DNA of 64,000 nucleotides. Origin: an uncultured Clostridia bacterium (GTDB lineage Bacteria > Bacillota > Clostridia > Christensenellales > QALW01). How positions within the stretch are numbered: position 1 is the first letter of the stretch; each line of letters starts with the position of its first letter. This document shows, in pieces, positions 39,631-49,210 of this stretch. Below the pieces are notes generated by a model. The model did not search any database. It was given only the letters and a program-made list of their open reading frames with translations, and was not told where the DNA came from. The DNA lies in the NCBI GenBank assembly GCA_958448705.1, contig CAUDEY010000003.1, forward strand, positions 76,518 through 140,517, given 5' to 3'. The position numbers and the translations under genes are program-made.

Positions 39631-40442
39631 AAGGCTTCAGCAAGTTCCTCCAACGTTAAAATATTACGGTCAACAGCAATCCCCCGGCTCTGCAGTTCCC
39701 GGGCAATTTTTGTTACCTCTGGAACCTCCAGCGTAAGGGAATCTAACTCTTCCTCTCGCGCAAAAACCTCCTGAGGTGTACCCGTCATTTGAATCGTTCC
39801 ATCCCCCATTATCACAATGCGATCGGCCTCCACGGTCTCTTCCATAAAATGAGTAATATAAACTACCGTAATACCTTTTTCGCGGTTTAAGCGTTTCACG
39901 GTATCCAGCACTTCCGCCCGCCCCTTGGGATCCAGCATTGCCGTGGCCTCGTCCATAATTAAAATTTCCGGTTCCATCGCAAGAATACCGGCAATTGCTA
40001 TCCTCTGCTTCTGTCCTCCGGAAAGATGGTGCGGTGCGCTTTTAGCAAACTCAAGCATATTGACCGCCCGCAGCGCGTCGTCGACCCGGCCGCGCAGCTG
40101 TTCATGCGGCACGCCCAAATTTTCAGGACCAAATGCCACATCTTCCTCCACAATGGTTGCCACCATCTGATTATCCGGATTTTGAAACACCATCCCCGCA
40201 CATTTTCGAATATCCAGCAGTTTTTTCTCCTGCCGGGTATCCATGCCGTTTACCGTAACGGAACCCCCGGTAGGAATAAACAAGCCGTTGATCAGTTTTG
40301 CCAACGTGCTTTTTCCGCTGCCGTTATGTCCTAAAACGCATAAAAATTCACCCTTTTTTATAGTAAGATTTATTTGCTTCAGCACCTCGGGAGATTCCTC
40401 GTCATAACGATAACTCACATTTTTAATTTCAATAATGTCCAT
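39615..40442 (-). CDS. ecfA1: ECF transporter ATPase
   Basis: Walker A GHNGSGKST, signature LSGGQKQR, Walker B ILIMDEAT. Confidence 0.9.
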   Translation of the reverse strand: MDIIEIKNVSYRYDEESPEVLKQINLTIKKGEFLCVLGHNGSGKSTLAKLINGLFIPTGGSVTVNGMDTRQEKKLLDIRKCAGMVFQNPDNQMVATIVEEDVAFGPENLGVPHEQLRGRVDDALRAVNMLEFAKSAPHHLSGGQKQRIAIAGILAMEPEILIMDEATAMLDPKGRAEVLDTVKRLNREKGITVVYITHFMEETVEADRIVIMGDGTIQMTGTPQEVFAREEELDSLTLEVPEVTKIARELQSRGIAVDRNILTLEELAEALCQFI

Positions 40443-41727
40443 GGTCTTTCTTCTCTTTTATCTTTTTTTCCGCTCCTTGCGCAGTAGGAACATAATACTG
40501 TTTTCCTATAAGCTGATCGGGCAGATACTGCTGCTGCACAAAATGCCCCTCAAAATCATGGGGATAGCGGTATCCCACGCCCCGCCCCAGCTGTTCATGC
40601 CCGGAATAATGACTATCACACAAATGTGCAGGTACCGTTACCGGCAGGGCTGCATCGCTTATCGCGCCTGTAAGGGCTTTGGTCACACTGTCACTCTTAG
40701 GAGAAACAGCTATAAAAATAATTGCCTGCGTCAGCGCCAGCCGGCATTCAGGATATCCGATTTTCTCCACCGCGTCCATCGCGGCCGTGGCCTGCAGCAG
40801 TGCCATCGGCTCGGCCAGGCCTACGTCCTCAGAAGCGTGTACAATCATCCGCCGTGCAATGACGCGCGGGTCAGCGCCGCCCTCTATCATACGCATCGCC
40901 CAAAACACTGCCGCATCCGGATCGCTTCCCCGCAGGCTTTTGCAAAAGGCGCTGAGCATATCATAATATAAGCTTTCATCGATTGCAACCGCCCGCTTTT
41001 GAATGGATTCCTCCGCCGCCTCCAGCGTAATAAAAATTTTACCCTGATCGTCCGGCGGGGTCGTCAGCACAGCCAACTCCACCGCGTTTAATGCGGTGCG
41101 CACATCCCCCGCGGCAACGGAAACGATATGCTTTAGTGCCTCCGGTGCAAAAAAAACCTCCATATTCCCGTAGCCGCGCTGTTTATCCTTTAGCGCCATC
41201 TCCACTGCAACAGTAACATCCTCCTGCGTCAGAGGCTGAAATTCAAACACCCGGCAGCGGGAAAGCAGCGCCCGCGTCAAGCTGATATAGGGATTCTCCG
41301 TGGTGGAGCCAATCAACTGTATCGTGCCGTTTTCCAGCGCCGGCAGCAATGCGTCGGATTGCGCCTTGCTCCAGCGGTGGCACTCATCCAGCAAAAGCAC
41401 CGTCGGCTTGCCGTAAAGGCTCCGCCGCTCCTGCGCGGCCTGAATAATTTCCCGTACCTCGCCCACGCCTGCGGTAACGGCGTTCAGCTTTTCAAAGTGC
41501 GCCGAGCATACATTCGCCACGATCGATGCAAGGCTTGTCTTTCCGCAGCCGGGCGGGCCGTAAAAAATACAACTGGTAAGCCTGTCCGCCTCAATGGCGC
41601 GCCGCAGCAAGCGACCTTTGCCCACAATATGCTGCTGCCCGAAAAATTCATCAAAACTCCTGGGCCGCATACGCTCTGCCAAAGGCACGCTCGTATTCTG
41701 CTTTGCAAAACTGAAAAGATCGTCCAT
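40429..41727 (-). CDS. rarA: Replication-associated recombination protein A (AAA+)
   Basis: LAERMRPRSFDEFFGQQHIVG, Walker A GPPGCGKTSLA, and a C-terminal MgsA domain. Confidence 0.93.
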   Translation of the reverse strand: MDDLFSFAKQNTSVPLAERMRPRSFDEFFGQQHIVGKGRLLRRAIEADRLTSCIFYGPPGCGKTSLASIVANVCSAHFEKLNAVTAGVGEVREIIQAAQERRSLYGKPTVLLLDECHRWSKAQSDALLPALENGTIQLIGSTTENPYISLTRALLSRCRVFEFQPLTQEDVTVAVEMALKDKQRGYGNMEVFFAPEALKHIVSVAAGDVRTALNAVELAVLTTPPDDQGKIFITLEAAEESIQKRAVAIDESLYYDMLSAFCKSLRGSDPDAAVFWAMRMIEGGADPRVIARRMIVHASEDVGLAEPMALLQATAAMDAVEKIGYPECRLALTQAIIFIAVSPKSDSVTKALTGAISDAALPVTVPAHLCDSHYSGHEQLGRGVGYRYPHDFEGHFVQQQYLPDQLIGKQYYVPTAQGAEKKIKEKKDHGHY

Positions 41728-42663
41728 CTACTTTCTCCAGGCCATAGCCGTCCATTCCCCTTGCGTAAGCCGCTGCAGCTTCTGAAATCCCTGCACCGCA
41801 AGGGCCGCTTCTACTTCATCGGCTCTTTCATTGATAATGCCGGAAACAATATAAATACCGCCCTCATTCAAATGTGCCTTTGCTGCCGGTGCCAGCTTCA
41901 TCACCGCGTCAGCAATAATGTTGGCCACCACGATATCCGCATTTTCATACTGTTTCTCCAATAAATTGCCGCATTCCACGTCTATAGCAAAACCGCCGCG
42001 CTCTGCATTGGCCTTTGCCACTTTTACAGCCTCAGCGTCAATATCTACCGCGTGCACGTTTTGTGCTCCCAAAAGCGCCGCGCACATGGCCAGCACGCCG
42101 GTGCCGCAGCCTACATCCAAAACAGAACAGCCCTTTTTAACATATTCCTCCAAAAGCAGAATACACATGCGCGTTGTCTCATGCGAGCCCGTTCCGAAGG
42201 CTGCGCCGGGGTCCATCTCCAGCACCAAATCCTCTTTCTGAGGGACATACTCTTCCCAGGAAGGTTTTATTACAATATATTTGCCCGGTTTAAAGGGTTT
42301 ATAATATTTTTTCCAATTCTCCGCCCAGTTCTCATCCCGTACAGTTTCCACCTCCATATGCAGGCTCCCCCAGGGAAAATCAGGCGCGTTGTTTTTAATT
42401 CTCTGCAACTCCTGCAAAACGAACTGCTCCGTCGCGGCAACATCCTCTTCTTCGCCGATGAAACCGCGGACGCAAACCTCCGGGTCGTATCCATCGGCAA
42501 GATGCTCGTCGATATAATCCCACTCTTCCTTGGGGCGGTTATAGGCCAAAATATCCGCGGTGTCCTCAATAATCACGCCGCCGGCGGAAATTTCGCCTAA
42601 AATATCGGCTACTACATCCGAACCTTCCGTCGTTGTTTTTACGGTAATTCTAATCCAGTTCAT
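41728..42663 (-). CDS. prmA: Ribosomal protein L11 methyltransferase
   Basis: FGTGSHETTRMC and the SAM-binding LDVGCGTGVLA motif. Confidence 0.93.
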   Translation of the reverse strand: MNWIRITVKTTTEGSDVVADILGEISAGGVIIEDTADILAYNRPKEEWDYIDEHLADGYDPEVCVRGFIGEEEDVAATEQFVLQELQRIKNNAPDFPWGSLHMEVETVRDENWAENWKKYYKPFKPGKYIVIKPSWEEYVPQKEDLVLEMDPGAAFGTGSHETTRMCILLLEEYVKKGCSVLDVGCGTGVLAMCAALLGAQNVHAVDIDAEAVKVAKANAERGGFAIDVECGNLLEKQYENADIVVANIIADAVMKLAPAAKAHLNEGGIYIVSGIINERADEVEAALAVQGFQKLQRLTQGEWTAMAWRK

Positions 42664-42672
42664 ACTTTCTCC

Positions 42673-43377
42673 TTACATGTACAGGCCGCCGTTGACGGCC
42701 AAAACCTGCCCGGTAATATACGCCGCGCCGTCGGATGCCAAAAAAAGCGCGGCTGCGGCAACCTCCTCGGGTCTTCCAAAACGCCCGGCCGGAATCTGCT
42801 CCAGCAGCGCCTGCCTTTCTTCCACGGAAAAGCCATCGTTCATCGGCGTATCGATAACGCCGGGGCAAACACAGTTCACCCCGATGTTGGGATACTCCTT
42901 GGCCAGGGCTTTGGTCAGCCCCACCAGCCCGGCTTTTGCCGCGGAATAGGCGGCCTCGCAACTGCCGCCGCACTGTCCCCAAACAGAAGAAATATTGATG
43001 ATTCTCCCGCCGGCCCACATCATATGTTCAAGTGCGCACTTAATGCAATGATAGGCTCCCGTTAAATTTACATCTAAAACGCCCTGCCACTGGGCAGGCG
43101 TTGTATCACAAAGCATCTGCCAGTATGCGCCTCCGGCATTGTTGATAAGCACATCCAATTTTTGAATACGGCCGAAAATTTCGGCAAACATCACCTGCAC
43201 CTCTTTTGAACAGGCGATATCGGCCCGCACGGCAAACCCGCCAAGCTCCTCCGCCAAGCCAAGCGCCGCTTCGTTTTTATGATAATGCAGGATCGGCAAA
43301 TATCCGTTTTGCGCAAAAACCCTTGCGCAGGCCTGACCGATTCCGCCGGAAGCACCGGTAATAAGCACGGTTTTCAT
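42673..43377 (-). CDS. SDR family oxidoreductase
   Basis: TGASGGIGQA cofactor motif, NNAG, and YSAAK catalytic motifs. Confidence 0.88.
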   Translation of the reverse strand: MKTVLITGASGGIGQACARVFAQNGYLPILHYHKNEAALGLAEELGGFAVRADIACSKEVQVMFAEIFGRIQKLDVLINNAGGAYWQMLCDTTPAQWQGVLDVNLTGAYHCIKCALEHMMWAGGRIINISSVWGQCGGSCEAAYSAAKAGLVGLTKALAKEYPNIGVNCVCPGVIDTPMNDGFSVEERQALLEQIPAGRFGRPEEVAAAALFLASDGAAYITGQVLAVNGGLYM

Positions 43378-44063
43378 GCGATCATCTCCTTTACCGCATA
43401 AGCAGCCATCAAAAGCCCTGCCGCAGGCGGCACAAAGGAAATACTGGCCGGCACGCCTTCGCGCAGCAAAGGCTCTTCGGGCGAATAGACCACCGGCAAA
43501 TGCTCAATGCCTTCTTTGCGCAGCTTTGCGCGCATCACCCGCGCCAAGGGGCAATAGTTCGTTTTGCTGATATCGGTTACCGTAAAGCGGGAAGGATCCA
43601 GCTTGTTGCCCGTGCCCATAGCGGAAATAATCTTTGTGCCGGCCTGTAACGCGCACTGCACCAGCAGTACTTTGGAGGGCACTGAATCAATGCAGTCCAG
43701 CACAAAATCAAAGCTTGAAAAATCAAACTGTTCCCGGGTAGAAGCATCAAAAAAAACACATTTTTCTTCCGCCTGCACGAAGGGATTGATATCCAATATC
43801 CTTTGGCGCATCAGCGCGCTTTTATACTGCCCTAAGGTAGAATGCAGTGCCAAAAGCTGCCGGTTGAGATTGCTTTGCGATACGGTATCGTGGTCTACCA
43901 GCGTTATTTTGCCTACCCCGGCCCGGGCTATTGCCTCAGCCGCAAAGGAGCCTACGCCTCCCAGGCCAAATACAGCCACATGAGCCGCCACCAATTTTTC
44001 CATAGCCGCAGAACCAAGCAGCTTTTCCTGGCGGGAAAATGCGTGTTCCGTTACTTCAGCCAT
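43374..44063 (-). CDS. ThiF/MoeB-family E1-like protein (TcdA-like tRNA t6A dehydratase candidate)
   Basis: GLGGVGSFAAEAIARAGVGKITLVDHDTVSQSNLNRQ. 229 aa with no rhodanese or Cys-rich C-terminus. The specific TcdA role is inferred from size only. Confidence 0.6.
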   Translation of the reverse strand: MAEVTEHAFSRQEKLLGSAAMEKLVAAHVAVFGLGGVGSFAAEAIARAGVGKITLVDHDTVSQSNLNRQLLALHSTLGQYKSALMRQRILDINPFVQAEEKCVFFDASTREQFDFSSFDFVLDCIDSVPSKVLLVQCALQAGTKIISAMGTGNKLDPSRFTVTDISKTNYCPLARVMRAKLRKEGIEHLPVVYSPEEPLLREGVPASISFVPPAAGLLMAAYAVKEMIA

Positions 44064-44848
44064 GTGCGGAGCGCCTTTACCGAGTCTGCCAAATCCGTTT
44101 CCCAGTCGCCGGTCTTGCCGGAGGCTTCAACCGAAACGCCGCCTTTGTATCCGCATTCCTTCAGCGCTTCAATAAACGCGCGGGCATTATAGATATCCTC
44201 GCAGTCCAGCGTACTGCGCACCTCGTTGCTGCCGGCCTTCGCCTGGGCAATATGTGCATGTTCCAAAATGTCTGCATTCGCCCCTATTACGGCAAAATCC
44301 TCATCTTCCACCCGCATATGGTAACTATCGGCCAGCAGTTTTACGCTGGGATGGTTTAATTCACGCACAAACGCCGCACCGGCGGCAACACTGTTTAATA
44401 GATTGGTTTCATAATGGCAAAGCGGCTCCATTACAACCAGGCAGCCGTATTCTGCCGCTATATCGCCCACAATTTTTGCCGCGTACAGCAACTGCCGGCG
44501 CGCCGTTGCCGCATCAAAGCCCTCCGGTATTTTGCGCGCCATACCGGAGCCGAATACAACCCGTTTTACCCCCAGCCGCTGCATAACGGAAAAACCATGG
44601 GTCAAATATGCCCGCAGTTCCTCTTCGGGCGTAATATTTTCGCCTACAACCGCAATGCCGCCCTTAAGCAGCCCGTTGGCGCCCAGCACCGGCAAGCCGA
44701 TTTTTGCAATCTTCTCCTCGGCAGCAAGCACATCCGCCTCCGGGCGTACCGCCATATCCGAAAAACTGCATTCAAAATAATCAAAGCCGGCCGCAGCCGC
44801 TTTTTCATACAAATCACTTAAAATACTCCCGCACATTCCGATCTTCAT
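44051..44848 (-). CDS. Sugar phosphate isomerase/epimerase (xylose isomerase-like TIM barrel)
   Basis: 265 aa with a pattern typical of the family (…VVMEPL…, LLADSYHM). Overlaps the ThiF-like gene by 13 nt. Confidence 0.7.
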   Translation of the reverse strand: MKIGMCGSILSDLYEKAAAAGFDYFECSFSDMAVRPEADVLAAEEKIAKIGLPVLGANGLLKGGIAVVGENITPEEELRAYLTHGFSVMQRLGVKRVVFGSGMARKIPEGFDAATARRQLLYAAKIVGDIAAEYGCLVVMEPLCHYETNLLNSVAAGAAFVRELNHPSVKLLADSYHMRVEDEDFAVIGANADILEHAHIAQAKAGSNEVRSTLDCEDIYNARAFIEALKECGYKGGVSVEASGKTGDWETDLADSVKALRTWLK

Positions 44849-45010
44849 ATCTTTTACCGCCTTTTATTTTTATTTTTTATCATTGTACCATATTTACGTC
44901 TTTCTTAAAAGTGATTTTTAAGCAATCCATGCAAAAAGCCCGCAAAAAGTTTGACCTCGTACTTTTTTATATAAATTTCATAAAATCTTCACTGTTTTTC
45001 AGCCGCGTAA

Positions 45011-45019
45011 TGATATAAT
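45011..45019 (+). promoter_or_regulatory. Extended -10 promoter element (TGaTATAAT)
   Basis: TG at 45011-12 and TATAAT at 45014-19, 30 nt upstream of the marR ATG. Confidence 0.5.
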
Positions 45020-45048
45020 CAGAGCAATTTAAGAAAGGAGTTCCTTTT

Positions 45049-45507
45049 ATGACAGACAAAACGTTTCATGTTTACTGTCAGTTTGACGCGCTGTTTTCCC
45101 TTATCAAAAAGCAGCTTCAATCTCGGCTGGAAAAGTATGCCCTTCTTCCGGGGCATGTAATGCTGCTGAAAACACTGAAGGAGCAGCCCGGTCTGGCGCA
45201 GAATGAACTGGCAAAAGCTGTTTTCCGGGAAACCAGCACCCTAACGACGACGCTGAAGACCTTAGAAAAACGAGCGCTTATAAAAAAAGAAATTGCAAAA
45301 GAGGATAAACGTACCTATCAGCTGTATCTTACGGAGTACGGCGAGCAAGTTTTTTATCAATGCCAACAGGATTTTTCCACCTTTAGACAGGAACTTTTCC
45401 AAACCCTTTGTGAGGAAGATCAAAAAGCCATCAAAACAATTTTCGATAAACTGCTGAACACTTTAAAAGAAATGGATAACAAGGAGGCAAAACCATGCTG
45501 CAGCTAA
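45049..45507 (+). CDS. MarR family transcriptional regulator
   Basis: 152 aa with a winged HTH (QNELAKAVFRETSTLTTTLKTLEKRALIKK). Overlaps the downstream ABC gene by 13 nt. Confidence 0.85.
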   Translation: MTDKTFHVYCQFDALFSLIKKQLQSRLEKYALLPGHVMLLKTLKEQPGLAQNELAKAVFRETSTLTTTLKTLEKRALIKKEIAKEDKRTYQLYLTEYGEQVFYQCQQDFSTFRQELFQTLCEEDQKAIKTIFDKLLNTLKEMDNKEAKPCCS

Positions 45508-48500
45508 AGCACATAAAAAAAAGTTATATAAGCGACAGCTTTTCTCAAAATGCCCTGGATGACGTTTCGCTTTCTTTCCGTCAAAACGAATTCGTCGCAA
45601 TTTTAGGTCCCAGCGGCAGCGGCAAAACTACGCTTTTAAACATCGTAGGCGGTTTAGATCAATATACCGACGGAGACTTAATCATCAACGGAAAATCTAC
45701 TAAACAATTTACCGATTCCGACTGGGACTCCTATCGCAACCATTCCATCGGTTTTGTATTTCAAAGCTACAACTTAATTCCGCACCAAAGTGTGCTTGCC
45801 AATGTGGAACTGGCTCTTACCCTCTCCGGTGTTTCCCGAAAAGAGCGGCGGCGCCGAGCGAAAGAAGCGCTCATTCAGGTAGGTCTGGGAGATCAAATAA
45901 GCAAAAAGCCCAATCAAATGTCCGGCGGACAAATGCAGCGCGTAGCGATCGCACGGGCGCTGGTAAACAACCCGGATATCCTCTTGGCCGATGAGCCCAC
46001 CGGTGCACTGGATTCAGCGACAAGCGTACAGATCATGGATCTTCTAAAAGAAGTTTCCAAAGACAGGCTGGTCATTATGGTAACGCACAATCCCGAACTT
46101 GCCGATCAATACGCTAATCGTATCATACGCCTAAAGGACGGCAAAATCACAGACGATACTCATCCATTTGATTCCCGGGAAGAATCTGCTTTGCCGGAAA
46201 AAGCAAAAAAGACCTCCATGTCTTTTTTGACAGCGCTTTCCCTGTCACTGAACAATTTAATGACGAAAAAAGCCCGTACTTTTTTAACCAGTTTCGCCGG
46301 CTCCATAGGCATTATCGGTATTGCGCTCATCTTAGCACTATCCAGCGGCATTAAAGCATATATCAACGAAGTACAGGAGGAAACGCTCTCTTCCTATCCC
46401 ATTCAGATCGAGGCTGAACAAATGGATATGGGCAGTCTCATCACCAGTATGATGGGAACCCAGGACAAAAGTTCGCACGGTACCGACGCAGTATATGCCA
46501 GTTCCGTTATGTATGACCTGGCGAATTCTATGAATAACGCCCAAACAAAACAAAACAATCTAAAAAAGCTGAAAGACTTTATTGAAAAGGAAAACAGTCC
46601 AATCAAGGACTATGCTACTACCATCCAATACTCCTATGATATCCCTCTGAATATCTATGCCAAAACGGCTGAGGACACCTATCAAAAAGCTGATATCATG
46701 GAAGTATTCTCATCTATGACCGAAGGTTCTTCCGCCAATATGGAATCCCTTTCCATGGGTTTTGCCTCCTATAATACCTGGGCGGAAATTCTGCCCGGAG
46801 CCGAAGGCGAGCCGGTATCGGAGGTGATCCGTTCCCAATACGAACTGATTGAAGGAAAATGGCCCGAGGATAAAACAGATATTATTCTCGTTTTAGATAA
46901 AAACAATGAGATCACCGATATCACGCTTCATGCTCTGGGTCTGAAAACGACTGACGAGATCGTTTCCGATATGCTTGCCGCACGCCGGGGTGAAACGATA
47001 GATCAAAGCGTAAAAAGCTACAGTTATGAGGAGATCCTGAATCTCTCCTTTAAGCTGATCGCCGCTACCGACTATTACACCGACAGCGACGGTGACGGCA
47101 TTTGGGAGGATCTTTCTGAAAACGAATCCGCCATGGAGGTTATCATCAATAACGGGCTGGATTTAAACATCTGCGGTATTATACGCCCTCTTCCCGATGC
47201 CGTTACATCAATGGGTGCCTCGTTGTACTATACCAGTGCATTGACAGACTATCTGATTGAGCGCACCGCAGCCTCAGAGGTCGCCAAGGCACAGCTGGCG
47301 CCGGAAAATCAAAACCGGGATATCTTTACCGGTCTGCCCTTTGTGCTGGAAAATGAACAAGAACTTACCCCAGAACAGCAAGCTGAAGACTTAAAGAATT
47401 ATTTTTCACAGCTCAGCGCCGTTGAAAAAGGTGAAATGTATCAAAAAATCTTAGCTATCCCCGATGCGGAAATCTTAGAAGATACGGTGGCCAAATACAT
47501 GGAACAATATCCCGACCGTGCCGCACTGGAAGAAATGATCTTTACCCAATACTCCGAAGCAGCAGGAATCGACGAAGATTCTATCCGTAAATTTATTGCC
47601 GACTACAGCGACGAAGAGCTACGGCAAATGGTAGAAACTGCTATACGGGAAATGATTACTGCACAGTATGAAAAAAATGCAGAGGAAGCCATCAGCAAAA
47701 TCGCCGCACAGCCTTCCGCGGAAGAACTGGCGGCGCTGAAAGCACAGATTACCGCACAGCTGACCGACCGCAATGCTAAAACAATGTATGTTGTTTCCCA
47801 ATATACTTCTTTTACGGCCATGCCGGCAGAAAGCATTATGACTTATCTGTTCGGCCTCAGCGATGCAGAACTGGATGCTATTGTAGATGACCTTGCAACA
47901 GAAGCGGCAAAACAGCTTTATACCCAATACGGCAGTACAGACGCAGGAACGGCAATACAAAAAGTTGCTGATGCGTTTGACGCCTATATTCCCACTCTGA
48001 CCACAGAACAACTATCCGCGCTGTATGATGACTGCATGCCGCCCAAAACCTCGGATGCCACACGGAATGACAATTTAAAGCTGTTAGGGTTTGCTGATAA
48101 AGAATCCCCCTCCAGCATTAACATCTATGCCGCAACTTTTGCCGATAAAGATGAAATAGGTGCCATTATTGCGGATTATAACACCCAAGCAGCAGAAGAA
48201 GATCAAATCACCTATACCGACTATGTTGCACTGATCATGTCCTCGGTAACAACGATTATTGACGCTATCAGCTATGTGCTAATCGCTTTTGTTTCCATCT
48301 CCTTGGTAGTATCCTCAATTATGATCGGCATTATCACCTACATTTCCGTGCTGGAACGCACAAAAGAAATCGGAATCCTGCGGTCAATCGGCGCTTCTAA
48401 AAGGGATATCTCTCGCGTCTTCAACGCAGAAACCCTAATCGTAGGCTTTGCCTCGGGTGCGATCGGCATTCTCTTTACCGTAATTCTTTGTCTGCCTGTA

Positions 48501-48671
48501 AATTTAATTATCCGTCAGCTTTCGGGAATTGAATCCCTCACGGCATATCTGCCGCTGGCAGGCGGAATTATCCTAATGCTGCTGAGCATGTTCTTTACCC
48601 TGATTGCCGGTCTCTTCCCGGCCATGATTGCGGCGAAAAAAGATCCCGTAGTTGCCCTGCGGACAGAATAA
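45495..48671 (+). CDS. Fused MacB-type ABC ATPase / FtsX-family permease with a very large extracytoplasmic domain
   Basis: N-terminal NBD (GPSGSGKTT, MSGGQMQR, ILLADEPTGALD), TM1 at about aa 262-285, about 640 aa of non-membrane sequence, then a C-terminal FtsX triple-TM module (…ERTKEIGILRSIGASKRDI…). Confidence 0.85.
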   Translation: MLQLKHIKKSYISDSFSQNALDDVSLSFRQNEFVAILGPSGSGKTTLLNIVGGLDQYTDGDLIINGKSTKQFTDSDWDSYRNHSIGFVFQSYNLIPHQSVLANVELALTLSGVSRKERRRRAKEALIQVGLGDQISKKPNQMSGGQMQRVAIARALVNNPDILLADEPTGALDSATSVQIMDLLKEVSKDRLVIMVTHNPELADQYANRIIRLKDGKITDDTHPFDSREESALPEKAKKTSMSFLTALSLSLNNLMTKKARTFLTSFAGSIGIIGIALILALSSGIKAYINEVQEETLSSYPIQIEAEQMDMGSLITSMMGTQDKSSHGTDAVYASSVMYDLANSMNNAQTKQNNLKKLKDFIEKENSPIKDYATTIQYSYDIPLNIYAKTAEDTYQKADIMEVFSSMTEGSSANMESLSMGFASYNTWAEILPGAEGEPVSEVIRSQYELIEGKWPEDKTDIILVLDKNNEITDITLHALGLKTTDEIVSDMLAARRGETIDQSVKSYSYEEILNLSFKLIAATDYYTDSDGDGIWEDLSENESAMEVIINNGLDLNICGIIRPLPDAVTSMGASLYYTSALTDYLIERTAASEVAKAQLAPENQNRDIFTGLPFVLENEQELTPEQQAEDLKNYFSQLSAVEKGEMYQKILAIPDAEILEDTVAKYMEQYPDRAALEEMIFTQYSEAAGIDEDSIRKFIADYSDEELRQMVETAIREMITAQYEKNAEEAISKIAAQPSAEELAALKAQITAQLTDRNAKTMYVVSQYTSFTAMPAESIMTYLFGLSDAELDAIVDDLATEAAKQLYTQYGSTDAGTAIQKVADAFDAYIPTLTTEQLSALYDDCMPPKTSDATRNDNLKLLGFADKESPSSINIYAATFADKDEIGAIIADYNTQAAEEDQITYTDYVALIMSSVTTIIDAISYVLIAFVSISLVVSSIMIGIITYISVLERTKEIGILRSIGASKRDISRVFNAETLIVGFASGAIGILFTVILCLPVNLIIRQLSGIESLTAYLPLAGGIILMLLSMFFTLIAGLFPAMIAAKKDPVVALRTE

Positions 48672-48684
48672 AAAACAACCTTTA

Positions 48685-48713
48685 CAGCGCAGGTTTCACT
48701 GCGCTGTTTTTTT
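48685..48713 (+). terminator. Intrinsic terminator
   Basis: CAGCGCAG pairs with CTGCGCTG, followed by T7. Confidence 0.8.
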
Positions 48714-48969
48714 ATTCGCTATCCAAAACTATCTGCCATACTATCTTTCATACATTCGAGAGTCACAGCAGCATATTGTATTTTTTTAACTTCTTAGAAT
48801 CTCCGGCAAAAGTCCGCGGGATGTCACTGCCGAGAACACCCTGCTGGAGCTTATACAGCCTGAACCGTCATTCCTGGTCCAGCGCAGAAACAGAACTTTT
48901 TGTGAAAACGTTCATTCTTCTTGCCATGTTCCGCTATGATTATAAAAGAAAAGAATAAGTGCTCCCTGC

Positions 48970-49000
48970 AAAAAGACGGTGCTTATATACAAGCACCGTC
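48970..49000 (-). terminator. Intrinsic terminator of the SPFH-RHH operon
   Basis: 10-bp stem GACGGTGCTT / AAGCACCGTC, with a T-run on the minus strand (A-run at 48970-74). Confidence 0.75.
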
Positions 49001-49006
49001 CTTTCG

Positions 49007-49204
49007 TTAAATATCCAGCTCCGGCGGAGTATCCAATTCCTCGGAGATATATCGTCCATTCTTCTTGCGCTGCCGCACGCACTCAGAAAGCAAATATTCA
49101 ATCTGCCCGTTTACCGAGCGGAAATCATCCTCTGCCCAGGCTGCTATAGCATTGTACAGCTTTTCCGAAAGCCGCAGCGGCACCTGTTTTTTCTCCCCTG
49201 CCAT
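49007..49204 (-). CDS. Ribbon-helix-helix (Arc-like) DNA-binding protein
   Basis: 65 aa. VPLRLSEKLYNAIAAWAEDDFRSVNGQIEYLL fits a beta-strand/helix/helix RHH pattern. Starts 6 nt downstream of the SPFH gene. Confidence 0.65.
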   Translation of the reverse strand: MAGEKKQVPLRLSEKLYNAIAAWAEDDFRSVNGQIEYLLSECVRQRKKNGRYISEELDTPPELDI

Positions 49205-49210
49205 AAAGCA

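Noticed and set aside
48714-48969. A 250-bp gap with the small ORF 48776-48958(+) and several short minus-strand frames, checked as a possible pseudogene remnant or small gene.
   Set aside because: No frame gives a motif, an RBS or a plausible protein. The plus-strand ORF has no SD sequence and an improbable composition.
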